A DNA stretch of 51,371 bases, taken from assembly GCA_964534365.1 (NCBI GenBank), contig CAZHOI010000001.1, forward strand, positions 254,171-305,541, read 5' to 3'. The stretch's first letter is position 1; every line of letters begins with the position of its first letter. Positions 39,000-48,946 of the stretch are shown one piece after another. The stretch comes from an uncultured Candidatus Saccharibacteria bacterium. Lineage in GTDB: Bacteria > Patescibacteriota > Minisyncoccia > Phycocordibacterales > SW-6-46-9. The position numbers and the translations under genes were made by a program. The notes beneath the pieces were generated by a model that saw nothing but the letters and a program-made list of their open reading frames with translations, ran no database searches and had not been told where the DNA came from.

Positions 39000-39926
39000 T
39001 TATTTACCAAAATTTTTCAGCAGCCAATCCTGGGCATTTTCATAAAACAGCTTGTCTGCCAATGATTTACTAAAGGATTTTACAACTGCTTGATACAAAT
39101 TTGGCAAATCACTTACCCGCTCTAAATCCTGAATTGCTACCTCGTGCAGACAACCGCCAAAATCGGTTCCCAGCGCGAGGCTATTGTCCCCTAATTTATT
39201 TGTCAAGTAATCGATTTGTTGCAAGACATCTTCAATTGTTACCTGTCTAGAAACTTTTACAAAATTACGCGATAACATTAATCCTACCAAACCATTTGAT
39301 TGCTTGATTGTTTCCAGTTGCTTATCAGTCAAATTACGATGTTGTCCGGTATCAGATATAGCTCTGGCATTGGCATGTGAAACTAGTATGGGCTGGTCGT
39401 AGTGTCGCGCTGTCTGCTCGAAACTGGTGTCATTTAGATGCGCAAAATCCACTAATATCCGATTGTCCTTGCACCATTTAATTACCTGTTTTCCTTTATC
39501 AGTTAGCTTGCCTTCCCCTTCATTTCCACCGGCAAATGAATTATTCGAAGTATGAGTAAGCGATAATGACCTCATTCCTGCCTCAAACAAATAATCAAGA
39601 ACCCTCAGTAGATCGGTTTCGGCAAAACTATCTAGGGATTTCAAACCCTCTATATGGTAAATAAATCCTCGAAACTCATTGTTATTCAAACATTTCTGCA
39701 AATCTGATTTGCAACATACAATTTGCCATCCATGTTGAGATCGGTAAAAGCTTACTTGCCTTTGGGTTTGAGTCGGCAGAGATTCAGCAAGCGATAGCTC
39801 ACCAGTTGTAAAAATAACTCTTGCATCCGAATTTTCTAATTGCTGAATTGAAGTCTGATTTTGAATTGGGTAGCTTATTGGCCACCGCTGATGTCGATGC
39901 AAATCTTGATGTAAGTCAATAAACAT
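39000..39926 (-). CDS. Membrane dipeptidase (M19) family protein
   Basis: IDLHQD, HIEG, LVDFAH, VSHAN, RNLTD, GTDFGG. Confidence 0.9.
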   Translation of the reverse strand: MFIDLHQDLHRHQRWPISYPIQNQTSIQQLENSDARVIFTTGELSLAESLPTQTQRQVSFYRSQHGWQIVCCKSDLQKCLNNNEFRGFIYHIEGLKSLDSFAETDLLRVLDYLFEAGMRSLSLTHTSNNSFAGGNEGEGKLTDKGKQVIKWCKDNRILVDFAHLNDTSFEQTARHYDQPILVSHANARAISDTGQHRNLTDKQLETIKQSNGLVGLMLSRNFVKVSRQVTIEDVLQQIDYLTNKLGDNSLALGTDFGGCLHEVAIQDLERVSDLPNLYQAVVKSFSKSLADKLFYENAQDWLLKNFGK

Positions 39927-40005
39927 TATGATTAATTATAGCTTTACGATTCAATAATTATACCTCTAACCAATTAAACCATTAATAATTTGTTAAAATA
40001 AATTT

Positions 40006-40596
40006 ATGATCTTACGACACGGTTTTACCTTGCTAGAGCTATTAGTTGTGATTGCTATTATTGGTATTTTATCCACAATTATATTAGCAGCTCTTAACGG
40101 TGCTCGTGGGAACGCTTACGAAACCAAGGTTGCTCAAACTCTGGATAGTGCTAATAAAGCGATTGAAATTTATCGGCTTCAAAACGGACATATTCCATTT
40201 GGTAATTTTGCCGGAGATGATTTGGGTGCTAGTGATCTATATAAAATTGGTGAGTGTAAAAACGGGATGTCTTTTGTTAATTCACCAACTCCATTAACTT
40301 CGATTGACAATGAAATAAGAGATTTGATAGCAGTTGAAAACCTTAATCTCGACAATGGTTGTATTTTGTATTTGATACCTACTCATTCCTATGGGGTAGA
40401 AGAATGCCTGGATGAGCCAGCTGCAAATGCTACTTTTTGTAGTTATGAATACCTACTACTACACCTACCATATGAAATTGGAGATGAGATAGATTTTAAT
40501 AATGAAAATTTTGAGTGTGTATTTGCCTATTCGCCAGCTGATGATAGTTTAAAGTACTCAGATTATGGTTATATTTGCCTGCCCTCACGAAATTAA
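40006..40596 (+). CDS. Type IV pilin / prepilin
   Basis: GFTLLELLVVIAIIGILS N-methylation motif; six Cys in the head domain. Confidence 0.92.
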   Translation: MILRHGFTLLELLVVIAIIGILSTIILAALNGARGNAYETKVAQTLDSANKAIEIYRLQNGHIPFGNFAGDDLGASDLYKIGECKNGMSFVNSPTPLTSIDNEIRDLIAVENLNLDNGCILYLIPTHSYGVEECLDEPAANATFCSYEYLLLHLPYEIGDEIDFNNENFECVFAYSPADDSLKYSDYGYICLPSRN

Positions 40597-40802
40597 AGTG
40601 TTAAAGCCATATTTACTGCTTTTGGGGCTGTAGTTTAAAATCTATGCTGATAAATACTTGTCTTTAGCCAAGTACTTATTAACAAAGATTTTTTATCGAG
40701 AATCAGCTCGGTTCATTTACCTTAATGCTTACATTTTATCCAACAGAGCGGGCGGCTGGGATCGGGGTTTGAACCCGACCCATGCCGCCAGCTATTGCCG
40801 TG

Positions 40803-41015
40803 CTAGTCACCTGGTCTCAAGCCATTATGGTAATGAGAATGTCGTTCTGTCGCACTTTCTGCTTCAACCTCTGGTACAAAGGTACCACCAATAATTCTCC
40901 CGTAGCGTCCAGTGTTATTTTCAAAGGCGCGATTAGAGTCAGGGTCGATAGTGAATTCTGGTCGATATGACCCTTTTCCTGAATAAGGTTCAGGGCCGTT
41001 GTTGTAGCAAGACAT
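40803..41015 (-). CDS. Possible 70-aa orphan with structured pyrimidine-rich leader
   Basis: In-frame ATG at 41015 within ORF-track 40803-41078; GC-rich hairpin GGGCGGCTGGGATCGGG at 40749-40790 lies downstream. Confidence 0.35.
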   Translation of the reverse strand: MSCYNNGPEPYSGKGSYRPEFTIDPDSNRAFENNTGRYGRIIGGTFVPEVEAESATERHSHYHNGLRPGD

Positions 41016-41237
41016 TTTTTTGGGAGAAAGAGCAAGACGAAGGGTTCGACCTGCTCGGGTGTGAGAAGGTCGGACCATTGCGGTCCATCGGGTTAAAGAC
41101 GATCCCTTTCCCGATTAGAATTTCCACAATGTTGAAACTTTAATCGGGATTCTATCCGATAAATTTGATAGAAATAAAAAAGCCGACTCAATCCTGATGG
41201 ACTGGCCGGTTCGTCGAGTTTTTATTCTTTCTCTAGT

Positions 41238-41372
41238 TTAGTTTTTAGAGAAATCCCCATGAACCGGCCTGATTGCATAAGTGCGGACAATAATGAAGTC
41301 GAGCACCATAAAGCACACTACGTCTGTAAACGTATTCCACATTTTGCTGACGTGAGTTTGCGGCTGATTCAT
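41238..41372 (-). CDS. Possible 44-aa hydrophobic peptide, or a structured ncRNA
   Basis: MNQPQTHVSKMWNTFTDVVCFMVLDFIIVRTYAIRPVHGDFSKN; TTGACA upstream at 41413; terminator with T6 at about 41177-41206. Confidence 0.4.
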   Translation of the reverse strand: MNQPQTHVSKMWNTFTDVVCFMVLDFIIVRTYAIRPVHGDFSKN

Positions 41373-41501
41373 GGGTGTATTTATAAAGTAGCTTAATTTT
41401 TCAGCTATTGTCAACCGATATTTTGAAACTGGGGATAACCTGGAGCATGGAGAGTATATACGTATTACGAGTTACGAGAATGTATGATATAATTTTCATA
41501 T

Positions 41502-41801
41502 ATGAGTAAATTAAAAATTAAAAAGATTGCCGAGGCAGCCGATTTGCTTAAAACCCTGTCAGGTTCATTCAGGATGGAAATCATTTGCCTGCTTTGCAGT
41601 AATCAGGCAATGACCGTTACCGAAATTACCCAGCAGCTTAAAAGTGAGCAATCGGCCACCTCGCATCAACTAGCTAAGTTACGGGCCGATAAAATAGTTC
41701 AGGCCCAAAAAGATGGCCAAACTACAAAGTACCAACTAGCCAAAACAGCTGAAGCTAAATTGGCTAAAAAAATCATCACTAACTGTGACTGCCTTAAATA
41801 A
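41502..41801 (+). CDS. ArsR/SmtB-family regulator
   Basis: LKTLS...RMEII...QSATSHQLAKLR. Confidence 0.9.
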   Translation: MSKLKIKKIAEAADLLKTLSGSFRMEIICLLCSNQAMTVTEITQQLKSEQSATSHQLAKLRADKIVQAQKDGQTTKYQLAKTAEAKLAKKIITNCDCLK

Positions 41802-41818
41802 CAATAATCAATCATATT

Positions 41819-42073
41819 ATGACTACAAACAATACTGACAATAAAAAAGTTATCATTTATTCAACCCCAACCTGCCATTACTGCAATGTCGCCAAGGATT
41901 ATTTTACTGATAACCAGATCGATTACACTGAACACAATGTTGCCGAAAATCCAGTGGCGCGAACTGAAATGGTTCAATTAACCGGACAATTAGGGGTTCC
42001 GGTTATTAAAATTGGTGACGAGGTTGTAGTAGGGTTCTCGGAACCGCACATCCGCGCCTTGTTAGAAGCTTAA
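41819..42073 (+). CDS. Glutaredoxin / NrdH-like redoxin
   Basis: IYSTPTCHYC, TGQLGVPVI, VVGF. Confidence 0.93.
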   Translation: MTTNNTDNKKVIIYSTPTCHYCNVAKDYFTDNQIDYTEHNVAENPVARTEMVQLTGQLGVPVIKIGDEVVVGFSEPHIRALLEA

Positions 42074-42102
42074 GTCTTAATATCTTTACTCGCAATAAAT
42101 TT

Positions 42103-42131
42103 GCTAATAGATTTTGTAAAAAATCTATGCC
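42103..42131 (+). repeat. Motif copy on the + strand, 12 nt before ATG 42144
   Basis: GCTAATAGATTTTGTAAAAAATCTATGCC. Confidence 0.85.
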
Positions 42132-42143
42132 ATTCTATAAATA

Positions 42144-42401
42144 ATGCCAAATTCTAAAAAAGATACTACTAAAAGAACTCGTGATCGAACCCTGGTTTAC
42201 TGGGCGTTTGGATTAATTCTGGCTGCCCTAGCTTTATTAATCTTGGGTAGATTAATGACCGACAGTCTTGAAAATGAAACTACCACCCAAGAGATTAGAC
42301 TGGATTCAGAACCGAATGGATTAGAAATTACCACTGATGGACTTGAAAATGCAACTGGTAGCACTCTTCCTGATCTATCAACTGAAATTAACGTTGAATA
42401 A
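42144..42401 (+). CDS. Small bitopic membrane protein (FtsL-like topology)
   Basis: Basic N terminus, one TM, acidic Thr-rich tail. Confidence 0.7.
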   Translation: MPNSKKDTTKRTRDRTLVYWAFGLILAALALLILGRLMTDSLENETTTQEIRLDSEPNGLEITTDGLENATGSTLPDLSTEINVE

Positions 42402-42433
42402 GATAGTTTCTAATTAATACTCAGTGAAATAGA

Positions 42434-42733
42434 CTAAAAATCACCGTTTTTTAAATTTAGGACATTGATTAAATAAGCTTTTGCAGCCAACCAGCTTTCA
42501 TCAAGTTTATCTTTTTCTTCGGCAATAGTTATCGCTACATAAATCCGTTCCAAAAAAATTCCAAGGTTTCTACGAGCTTTCACGTGAACTTGGTTTTGAT
42601 AAAATTCTTCTAAACTACCGTAAGTTTCTTGGAACCTAGAATATGAACTAGAGAAAAATCCGTTTTCGAATCTTCTTATCGCTTCGGTGACGTAAATATC
42701 CTCGCCAGGAGTTAAATGTGGACTTTCAAACAT
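42434..42733 (-). CDS. Hypothetical protein
   Basis: ATG at 42733 lies 6 nt after TGT-TACAAT; 99 aa. Confidence 0.6.
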   Translation of the reverse strand: MFESPHLTPGEDIYVTEAIRRFENGFFSSSYSRFQETYGSLEEFYQNQVHVKARRNLGIFLERIYVAITIAEEKDKLDESWLAAKAYLINVLNLKNGDF

Positions 42734-42775
42734 ATGTTGATTGTAACAAAAAAACCCCATCATTGGGGTAATGTC

Positions 42776-44953
42776 CTAGCTACGGCTTTTGATGATTTCG
42801 CCTGCCACATTATCCGGCACTACCGCATAGTGGTCGAATTCCATCGTCATATTTCCCCGCCCCGATGTCATTGACCGCAGTTCAGTCGTATAACCAAACA
42901 TCTCGGACAGTGGCACCTTGGCATTAATTGCGGTATTTAACCCACGCTGTTCGCTGGCTTCTACCAATCCCCGCTTTGATGCCAAGTTTCCGGTAATATC
43001 ACCAATATATTCGTCTGGCACGACCACCTCGACTTTCATCATTGGCTCTAATAGTGCTGGCTTTGCTCGCTTGACACCCTGTTGAAATGCTTGGGAGCCA
43101 GCAATTTTAAAGGCGACCTCGGACGAGTCTACGTCATGGTAAGAACCATCAAACAGATCAACGGCAATATTCACCATTTTATAACCAGCCAATACTCCTC
43201 GATCCATAGCTTCTAGAATTCCTTTTTTAACTGCTGGAATAAACTCTTGAGGAATCACGCCGCCTTTGATGCTATTGGTAAATTCAAACACATCATCGCG
43301 ATCCACATTTTTAGGCACTTCTTCGTCTGCAACCGCCGCTGGATCGAATGGAGTAATCCGGATTTTTACGTGACCGTACTGACCCCTACCACCAGATTGC
43401 TTTATGTATTTCTCTTCCGCTTCGGCATCAGCTAAAATGGTTTCACGATAAGCAACTTGAGGCTTGCCAACATTTGCATCCACGCTAAATTCGCGCTTCA
43501 TTCGATCTACAATAATATCCAAGTGCAACTCGCCCATTCCCGAGATAATAGTTTCGTTAGTTTCTTCGTCAGAGGACACGCGGAAAGTCGGATCTTCGTC
43601 GGATAGTTTAGCCAGGGCAATTCCCATCTTTTCCTGATCAGCTTTCGTCTTTGGTTCGATTCGAAGCGAAATTACCGGTTGTCGGAATTTGATCTCTTCT
43701 AATATTACCGGATTATCTTCGTCACATAACGTATGGCCGATTTTGGCATCTTTCATCCCTACCATAGCCGCAATTTCACCCGCAAATACTTCTTTAACTT
43801 CCTCGCGTTTATCAGCCTGTAGTCGCACAATTCTACCGACTCGCTCTTTGGATCCAGTAGAGGCATTATAGACATATGAACCGGCCTCAACTTTTCCGGA
43901 ATAAACGCGGAAAAATGACAGCTGACCAACAAAAGGATCGGTTTGAAGTTTAAATACTAGGGCCGAAAACGGCTCGGCTGGATCAGAGGTTCTGGTAACT
44001 TCTTCTTCAGTTTCGGGATTTTTACCTTTGGCAGGTGGTAAATCTAGTGGTGATGGCAGGTAATCAACTACCGCATCCAGTACTAATTGAACCCCCTTAT
44101 TTTTTAGAGCAGAACCACAGTAAACTGGGAAAATAGCGTTGTTGATAACCGCTTTGCGCATTAGTCTTTTGAATTCTGCTAGATCAGGCTCATTGCCCTC
44201 CAAATATGCATTCATTGCCTCGTCATCTTGTTCTACTACTTTTTCCAACAGCTCGGCCCGATATTTTTCTGCTTGTGCGCGTAGCTCATCAGGAATCTCG
44301 GCCTGGCGTACCTCCATCCCCATATCACCTTCAAAATAATAGGCTTTCATCTCGACTAGGTTAATCACACCTTCATGCGCCTCTTCTTCACCAATAGGGA
44401 TTTGGGCGCGAATCGCATTTGGAGACAATCGATCTATAATCGACTGAAATGATCGATCGAATGATGCGCCGGTACGGTCCAGTTTATTGATAAAACACAA
44501 CCTTGGCACTTGTGCCTCCTCGGCGTAGCGCCAGTTGGTTTCTGATTGTGGCTCTACCCCAGCTACCGCATCAAATACCACTACCCCACCATCCAAAACA
44601 CGCATTGAACGCTGTACTTCGGATGTAAAGTCAATATGTCCCGGCGTGTCAATGATGTTAAACCGATGCCTAGCATCAGAATCACCATCAGTTGCCTGGG
44701 CAACCCCTTCTTCGTTTAACCTAGCGTGGGTCGGAGTCCAAAAACAGGTAATAGCCGCAGCCGTAATGGTAATGCCACGCTCGCGTTCTTGTTCCATCCA
44801 GTCGGTGGTTGTTTCACCATCGTGAACCTCACCAATTTTATGTGACATTCCGGTGTAAAACAGAATTCGTTCCGAAGTAGTGGTTTTACCTGCATCTACG
44901 TGGGCCACGATTCCAAAGTTGCGTACTTTTTCTAGAGGGTAATCTTTACTCAT
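42776..44953 (-). CDS. fusA: Elongation factor G
   Basis: AHVDAGKTT, ERERGITI, DTPGHIDF, NKLD, GMGELHL, PQVAYRE, KQSGGRGQYGH, GSYHDVDSS. Confidence 0.99.
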   Translation of the reverse strand: MSKDYPLEKVRNFGIVAHVDAGKTTTSERILFYTGMSHKIGEVHDGETTTDWMEQERERGITITAAAITCFWTPTHARLNEEGVAQATDGDSDARHRFNIIDTPGHIDFTSEVQRSMRVLDGGVVVFDAVAGVEPQSETNWRYAEEAQVPRLCFINKLDRTGASFDRSFQSIIDRLSPNAIRAQIPIGEEEAHEGVINLVEMKAYYFEGDMGMEVRQAEIPDELRAQAEKYRAELLEKVVEQDDEAMNAYLEGNEPDLAEFKRLMRKAVINNAIFPVYCGSALKNKGVQLVLDAVVDYLPSPLDLPPAKGKNPETEEEVTRTSDPAEPFSALVFKLQTDPFVGQLSFFRVYSGKVEAGSYVYNASTGSKERVGRIVRLQADKREEVKEVFAGEIAAMVGMKDAKIGHTLCDEDNPVILEEIKFRQPVISLRIEPKTKADQEKMGIALAKLSDEDPTFRVSSDEETNETIISGMGELHLDIIVDRMKREFSVDANVGKPQVAYRETILADAEAEEKYIKQSGGRGQYGHVKIRITPFDPAAVADEEVPKNVDRDDVFEFTNSIKGGVIPQEFIPAVKKGILEAMDRGVLAGYKMVNIAVDLFDGSYHDVDSSEVAFKIAGSQAFQQGVKRAKPALLEPMMKVEVVVPDEYIGDITGNLASKRGLVEASEQRGLNTAINAKVPLSEMFGYTTELRSMTSGRGNMTMEFDHYAVVPDNVAGEIIKSRS

Positions 44954-45023
44954 GTCTTTTTTCGTTAAATAATTTTATAAAAATTATTTGCCTCATGGCA
45001 TAGAAATTGTAATTTCTATTAGC
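44954..45023 (-). promoter_or_regulatory. fusA leader with the motif
   Basis: GCTAATAGAAATTACAATTTCTATGCC-ATGAGGCA-AT-rich hairpin-AACGAAAAAAGAC-ATG. Confidence 0.75.
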
Positions 45024-45192
45024 ATGTGCATTTAATCTTTTGTTTAATAATTTTAATAAATAGGTGTTATTGACGCGCTCGCTGTTATTAATAATAAAGG
45101 AGGCTAGTGTCAGGCCTGCACTATACCCGAAAAGGCTTGATTTTTGAAGTTTTATAGTTCACTATTTGACTGAACCACTAGCCAAGACACAC

Positions 45193-45605
45193 ATGTTGTC
45201 AAATTATCTCTCGCTGGAAATGTTCCTTGAGGCAAAAGCACGAGCATTATTAAGACTAGAAATAGACCAGAATTTTAATTTACGGGACCTACAATCTAAA
45301 GGTAGATATGGCCAAACTCTATATAGCCTTTTGTATTATATAAAACATCTATCGACTCCGGATTTTATGCAATTACAGAGTTTTCAATGGCATTTCTCGA
45401 CCTTAGAAAATTGGTAAGAGAATACCTTAAATTTAGACCCCATCCTTGCCCGCGAAGCTCTTCAAAGGCTTATTCAAGACTTGAAAAAAAAGGGCTGTTT
45501 AGGAAGAATGTCGAGCTTGTTGAACGCCCCGACACTGTGTTCGGGGCGTATTTTATTCTTTTAAATATTTACTCTAAATCCTGTATACTAATAACCAATG
45601 GGTAG
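45193..45605 (+). pseudogene. Two overlapping short ORFs (45193-45417 and 45387-45605), possibly one frameshifted orphan
   Basis: 31-nt overlap in different frames; a terminator-like CGCCCCGA/TCGGGGCG hairpin lies inside the second ORF. Confidence 0.3.
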
Positions 45606-45921
45606 ATTCGTTTACAATCAGCAGCAAAATAAAACCACTGTAGATGAAAATTTATTGCGGCAATCTGATGCCGACAAAGATATAGTGCAATATCACTCAC
45701 AAACCGAACCTTATGTGAGTAATAATTCTGGATTTAAACCAGGCAATCAAATTCAAAAATCAAATAATGTCAGCCACCAGAAACTATCATACTTAAAGAG
45801 CGAGATTGATTTCATGGTTGATGGATTTATGCGTGAATTAATTGATTTCGATTCATTTGGAAATCTGGACCCTCAAATTCAATCCGAAATCGCTAACCGC
45901 TACCCACAATTTTTCAATTAG
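45598..45921 (+). CDS. Hypothetical protein
   Basis: 107 aa; TG-TATACT 8 nt before ATG. Confidence 0.6.
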   Translation: MGRFVYNQQQNKTTVDENLLRQSDADKDIVQYHSQTEPYVSNNSGFKPGNQIQKSNNVSHQKLSYLKSEIDFMVDGFMRELIDFDSFGNLDPQIQSEIANRYPQFFN

Positions 45922-46014
45922 TTTTCAGCTAGAATATAACTGAATTTTGATTTAATAAATAAGAGCCTTGGGCTGGCAATTCCCTAGGCTCTATTAGTAA
46001 TTCTTCATGATGGT

Positions 46015-46329
46015 TTAGGTTAGCGGATCTTTTTCGATTATTTGCGAGACCTCGTAGGCGCTTAGCATGACATCATTGTCGCAATATTGCGCCTGATACG
46101 CTGTCGGATTATTTAACCATATCCTTAGATCGGCCGGATGCAAACCCAAATAGTGACAGCAACCATCGAAGAATTCTTGGGTAGGCTGTTTTTGCATGCA
46201 TTGTTTTCTGACGTAACCAAAACTATTTCCAAAACTCCTCTCAAATGCGGCAAAATCCATGCCACCTGATTCGGCGGCGCGAATTAGGTATAACCAAAAT
46301 CTACCAAGGTGCGTGATTTTCTTCATCAT
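46015..46329 (-). CDS. Orphan, possibly XRE-like HTH
   Basis: FAAFERSFGNSFGYVRK...QPTQEFF...YLGL resembles the XRE fold. Confidence 0.55.
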   Translation of the reverse strand: MMKKITHLGRFWLYLIRAAESGGMDFAAFERSFGNSFGYVRKQCMQKQPTQEFFDGCCHYLGLHPADLRIWLNNPTAYQAQYCDNDVMLSAYEVSQIIEKDPLT

Positions 46330-46420
46330 TTCAAAGAATGTATTAACCCCAACGATTGTAAGGTTAAAGGATGAAGGAGTTCCGAGTATTTATTATAGCA
46401 ATAAACTGGCTGGCTGGGGG

Positions 46421-46987
46421 TTAATTTGAAATTGAGTGCAATACAATTTTAAGCTGCGTAATCAACCTAGAAATCGAACTGCGCAATCTGGCAATTTTGT
46501 CAGAATCACCTTCAATCTCAGCGCGATCAGCAACTGAATGGTCAAGGTAAAATTGTCCAATTTCAGAATCGGTTGAGTAAAACTGACCATAACTAAATAC
46601 ATTGGTTTGGTAGTCGCGAACAACTTCAAATACCCCTTCTTCCCCTAAGCCACCAGTACTGTCGCATTGATCAGCAGTAGTGTCATCTTCATTTGGATCA
46701 GGCAACCGATGTTTGACCCAGAATTTTGCTGGGACTCTACCTTTGAGCACTTTTTTAGTCTCGATCTGATGTAATTCATAATTATCAATCACTTTTTCAG
46801 CTATGACTACTCCATGTAAAACTTGAGTATTAAAGTATTCACCCAAATAATCATCGTGCATTATTTCGTGAGCTCTTTCAGTAGTTTTGTCCCCGCAGTC
46901 CAATGCAAAGGTGGTCATTGGAGTTAAAATGGTAATTGCTAATCCCAGACTTAATAATATTGTTAAATAATTTATTTTTAATGTCAT
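46421..46987 (-). CDS. Secreted protein, possibly TIMP/NTR-like fold
   Basis: Signal peptide then ALDC; VLHGVVI...KKVLKG...C pattern. Confidence 0.65.
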   Translation of the reverse strand: MTLKINYLTILLSLGLAITILTPMTTFALDCGDKTTERAHEIMHDDYLGEYFNTQVLHGVVIAEKVIDNYELHQIETKKVLKGRVPAKFWVKHRLPDPNEDDTTADQCDSTGGLGEEGVFEVVRDYQTNVFSYGQFYSTDSEIGQFYLDHSVADRAEIEGDSDKIARLRSSISRLITQLKIVLHSISN

Positions 46988-47166
46988 AATTATCTAGACG
47001 AATGAAAGCCAAGTTTATTACAGGTGACCATAAGTTTACCAAATAAATTAATCTATAAGCCGGAAGGCTTAGTATCTTGATGAAGTAAGAGGAATTGAAA
47101 ATCTGCGTCGGATACATACCATGTAAATGTTTAACTGTGGGTGTATTTAGAATGAATATTTTGATT

Positions 47167-47247
47167 AGTTCAAGGCATAAAGAAAAACTAACCCGAGGCG
47201 TATACGTAATACGATGAGGGTCAGTTTTTCTGCAGTAACGCAGAAAT
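47167..47247. repeat. Fourth copy of the ~80-bp REP/MITE-like element, downstream of rpsG
   Basis: GTTCAAGGCATAAAGAAAAACTAACCCGAGGCGTATACGTAATACGATGAGGGTCAGTTTTTCTGCAGTAACGCAGAA closely matches 17469-17547. Confidence 0.85.
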
Positions 47248-47267
47248 CATTAAAATAGGCTTCTAAA

Positions 47268-47750
47268 TTACCAGGCGAAGTGGGCAAAGGCCTTGTTTGC
47301 CTCAGCCATACGATGAGTTTCTTCTTTCTTTTTAACCGCTGAACCTTCGTTGTTTGAAGCGGCTAAAATCTCGGCGGCTAGTACCTTTGAAAAGGCTTTG
47401 CCTTGAGATTTTCTAGTTTTTCGCGCGGCATCAGTAATCCAACGGAAAGCCAGCGATAATCGGCGATTTTGTTTGACCTCGCGAGGTACTTGGTAGTTGG
47501 CACCACCGACTCGGCGCGACCGGACTTCCATCATTGGTCCAACGTTTTTAATCGCTTCATTAAAGACTTGTAGGGGTTCATCATTTTTGGATTCTTTGGC
47601 TACAATGTCTAGTGCATCATAAACAATTGATCGGGCCAGGTTCTTTTTCCCGTCGAGCATGATGTAATTGATAAATCGGGCCAGGTTTTCTGATCCATAT
47701 TTAGGATCTGGTTTAATCGGGTCTTTCTTTTTAAGTGGTCGTCGTGGCAT
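47268..47750 (-). CDS. rpsG: 30S ribosomal protein S7
   Basis: MPRR start at 47750, [32 protein letters not shown]. Confidence 0.98.
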   Translation of the reverse strand: MPRRPLKKKDPIKPDPKYGSENLARFINYIMLDGKKNLARSIVYDALDIVAKESKNDEPLQVFNEAIKNVGPMMEVRSRRVGGANYQVPREVKQNRRLSLAFRWITDAARKTRKSQGKAFSKVLAAEILAASNNEGSAVKKKEETHRMAEANKAFAHFAW

Positions 47751-47822
47751 AACTTTTTTTACAGTTAGAAATTTTAGAAAATTTCTGCCTTGTGGCATAG
47801 ATTCTTTGCAGAATCTATTAGC
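47751..47822 (-). promoter_or_regulatory. rpsG leader with the motif
   Basis: GCTAATAGATTCTGCAAAGAATCTATGCC-ACAAGGCA-GAAATTTTCTAAAATTTC-TAACTGTAAA; nearly the same as the rplK leader. Confidence 0.78.
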
Positions 47823-48092
47823 TTTTGCTAACAATTTTCATTTGTTAATACGAAACGTGATTCAATAGATTAGGTTAAGAGCTGTTTCACCAACCTGGGA
47901 AATTATTTAAGCGGTCGCACCCCTTAATAATAGTTGATTACTACTAATCCTACTGATATTGAGTCAAGTTCGAGTGTTAATATACTTGAAAATTGTCGTT
48001 CAAACAAGCATATTACTAATGAACCTCCCTGCTCGATTCGAGCAATCACTTTCTGGGACGGCTCGCTCGTTTCCAGGTTTTCCCTAATACGA

Positions 48093-48425
48093 ATGTGGCT
48101 ACCAGACTGGATCATCAAACTTCTTCCTCATAAACCTCATGTCATTAATGCTGAAGTTGAATCAATAAAGCATTCTCTTGAAAAAAGAAGGCTCTATTAT
48201 ATTTGTAATATTGGGTTTGCTTTGCCACTAAGCTTAACCGAAAGGAAAAAACGTCGAAGTTCAGGAATGATACATAGAACTATTAAGTTTCCTAGTTGGC
48301 GGTATTATGGATTTAAGGTATTTAAACCACATGGTTACATGATGATTAGCTGTATAGAACTTTTTCCTGGAAGCAATACATGGAACGGGAAACCAATAGT
48401 GTTGAACATTACGCCTTTGTTCTAG
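48093..48425 (+). CDS. Basic orphan, cassette unit 1
   Basis: In-frame ATG at 48093 follows a promoter (TTGAAA-17-CATATT) and a leader homologous to that of 48601. Confidence 0.55.
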   Translation: MWLPDWIIKLLPHKPHVINAEVESIKHSLEKRRLYYICNIGFALPLSLTERKKRRSSGMIHRTIKFPSWRYYGFKVFKPHGYMMISCIELFPGSNTWNGKPIVLNITPLF

Positions 48426-48471
48426 ACCCACGACAGAACTCACATCAGTGAATTATGTTCGTGGGTTTTGT
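48426..48471 (+). terminator. Conserved 46-nt 3' hairpin, copy 1
   Basis: ACCCACGA...TCGTGGGT plus TTT; 42/46 identical to 48947-48992. Confidence 0.8.
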
Positions 48472-48600
48472 CAATTTCAGCGTTTGACAATTACTTACTA
48501 AATAAGCCATATTTGATTTAAACCGTCCCCAGTTCCGTTTTGCACGGACACCATTTGTCTGGGACGAGAACGCTCGTTTCAGATATTTTCCAACGTCAAT

Positions 48601-48891
48601 ATGTCCCCCTTGGCAATTACCCTTATTGCAAGTGTCTTATCGTATATTATTGCCAAAATCATCTCTGGTTACATTTTAGGTGATGGCCTTCCAGATCGCT
48701 ATCCAGTACTTACTAAAAATGAATGGCAGAAGTTAAAAATGCAACTGAGATTCATCAATCTTTTAGATTTGTATATCCCCCTGAACGTCTACCTTGTTTT
48801 AAGGCCTGAGAAACACGACAATTATACGATCAGTCTGATATTTATATGTTTGACCTGTTTTGTGGGCTTCATATTGGGCCGAATTACTTGA
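48601..48891 (+). CDS. Small membrane orphan, cassette unit 2
   Basis: 96 aa with N- and C-terminal hydrophobic helices. Confidence 0.65.
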   Translation: MSPLAITLIASVLSYIIAKIISGYILGDGLPDRYPVLTKNEWQKLKMQLRFINLLDLYIPLNVYLVLRPEKHDNYTISLIFICLTCFVGFILGRIT

Positions 48892-48946
48892 GAAGCCACG
48901 GTAGATAAATTCTACCCACTATACGGAGGAAATTATCTGTAAAAAA

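Noticed and set aside
47751-47834. 28-aa N-terminal extension of S7 in the ORF track
   Set aside because: It is the translated RNA leader motif; the conserved MPRR start is at 47750.
47934-48092. Upstream TTG start for the 48425 ORF
   Set aside because: The region contains the promoter and leader homologous to unit 2, so ATG 48093 is more likely.
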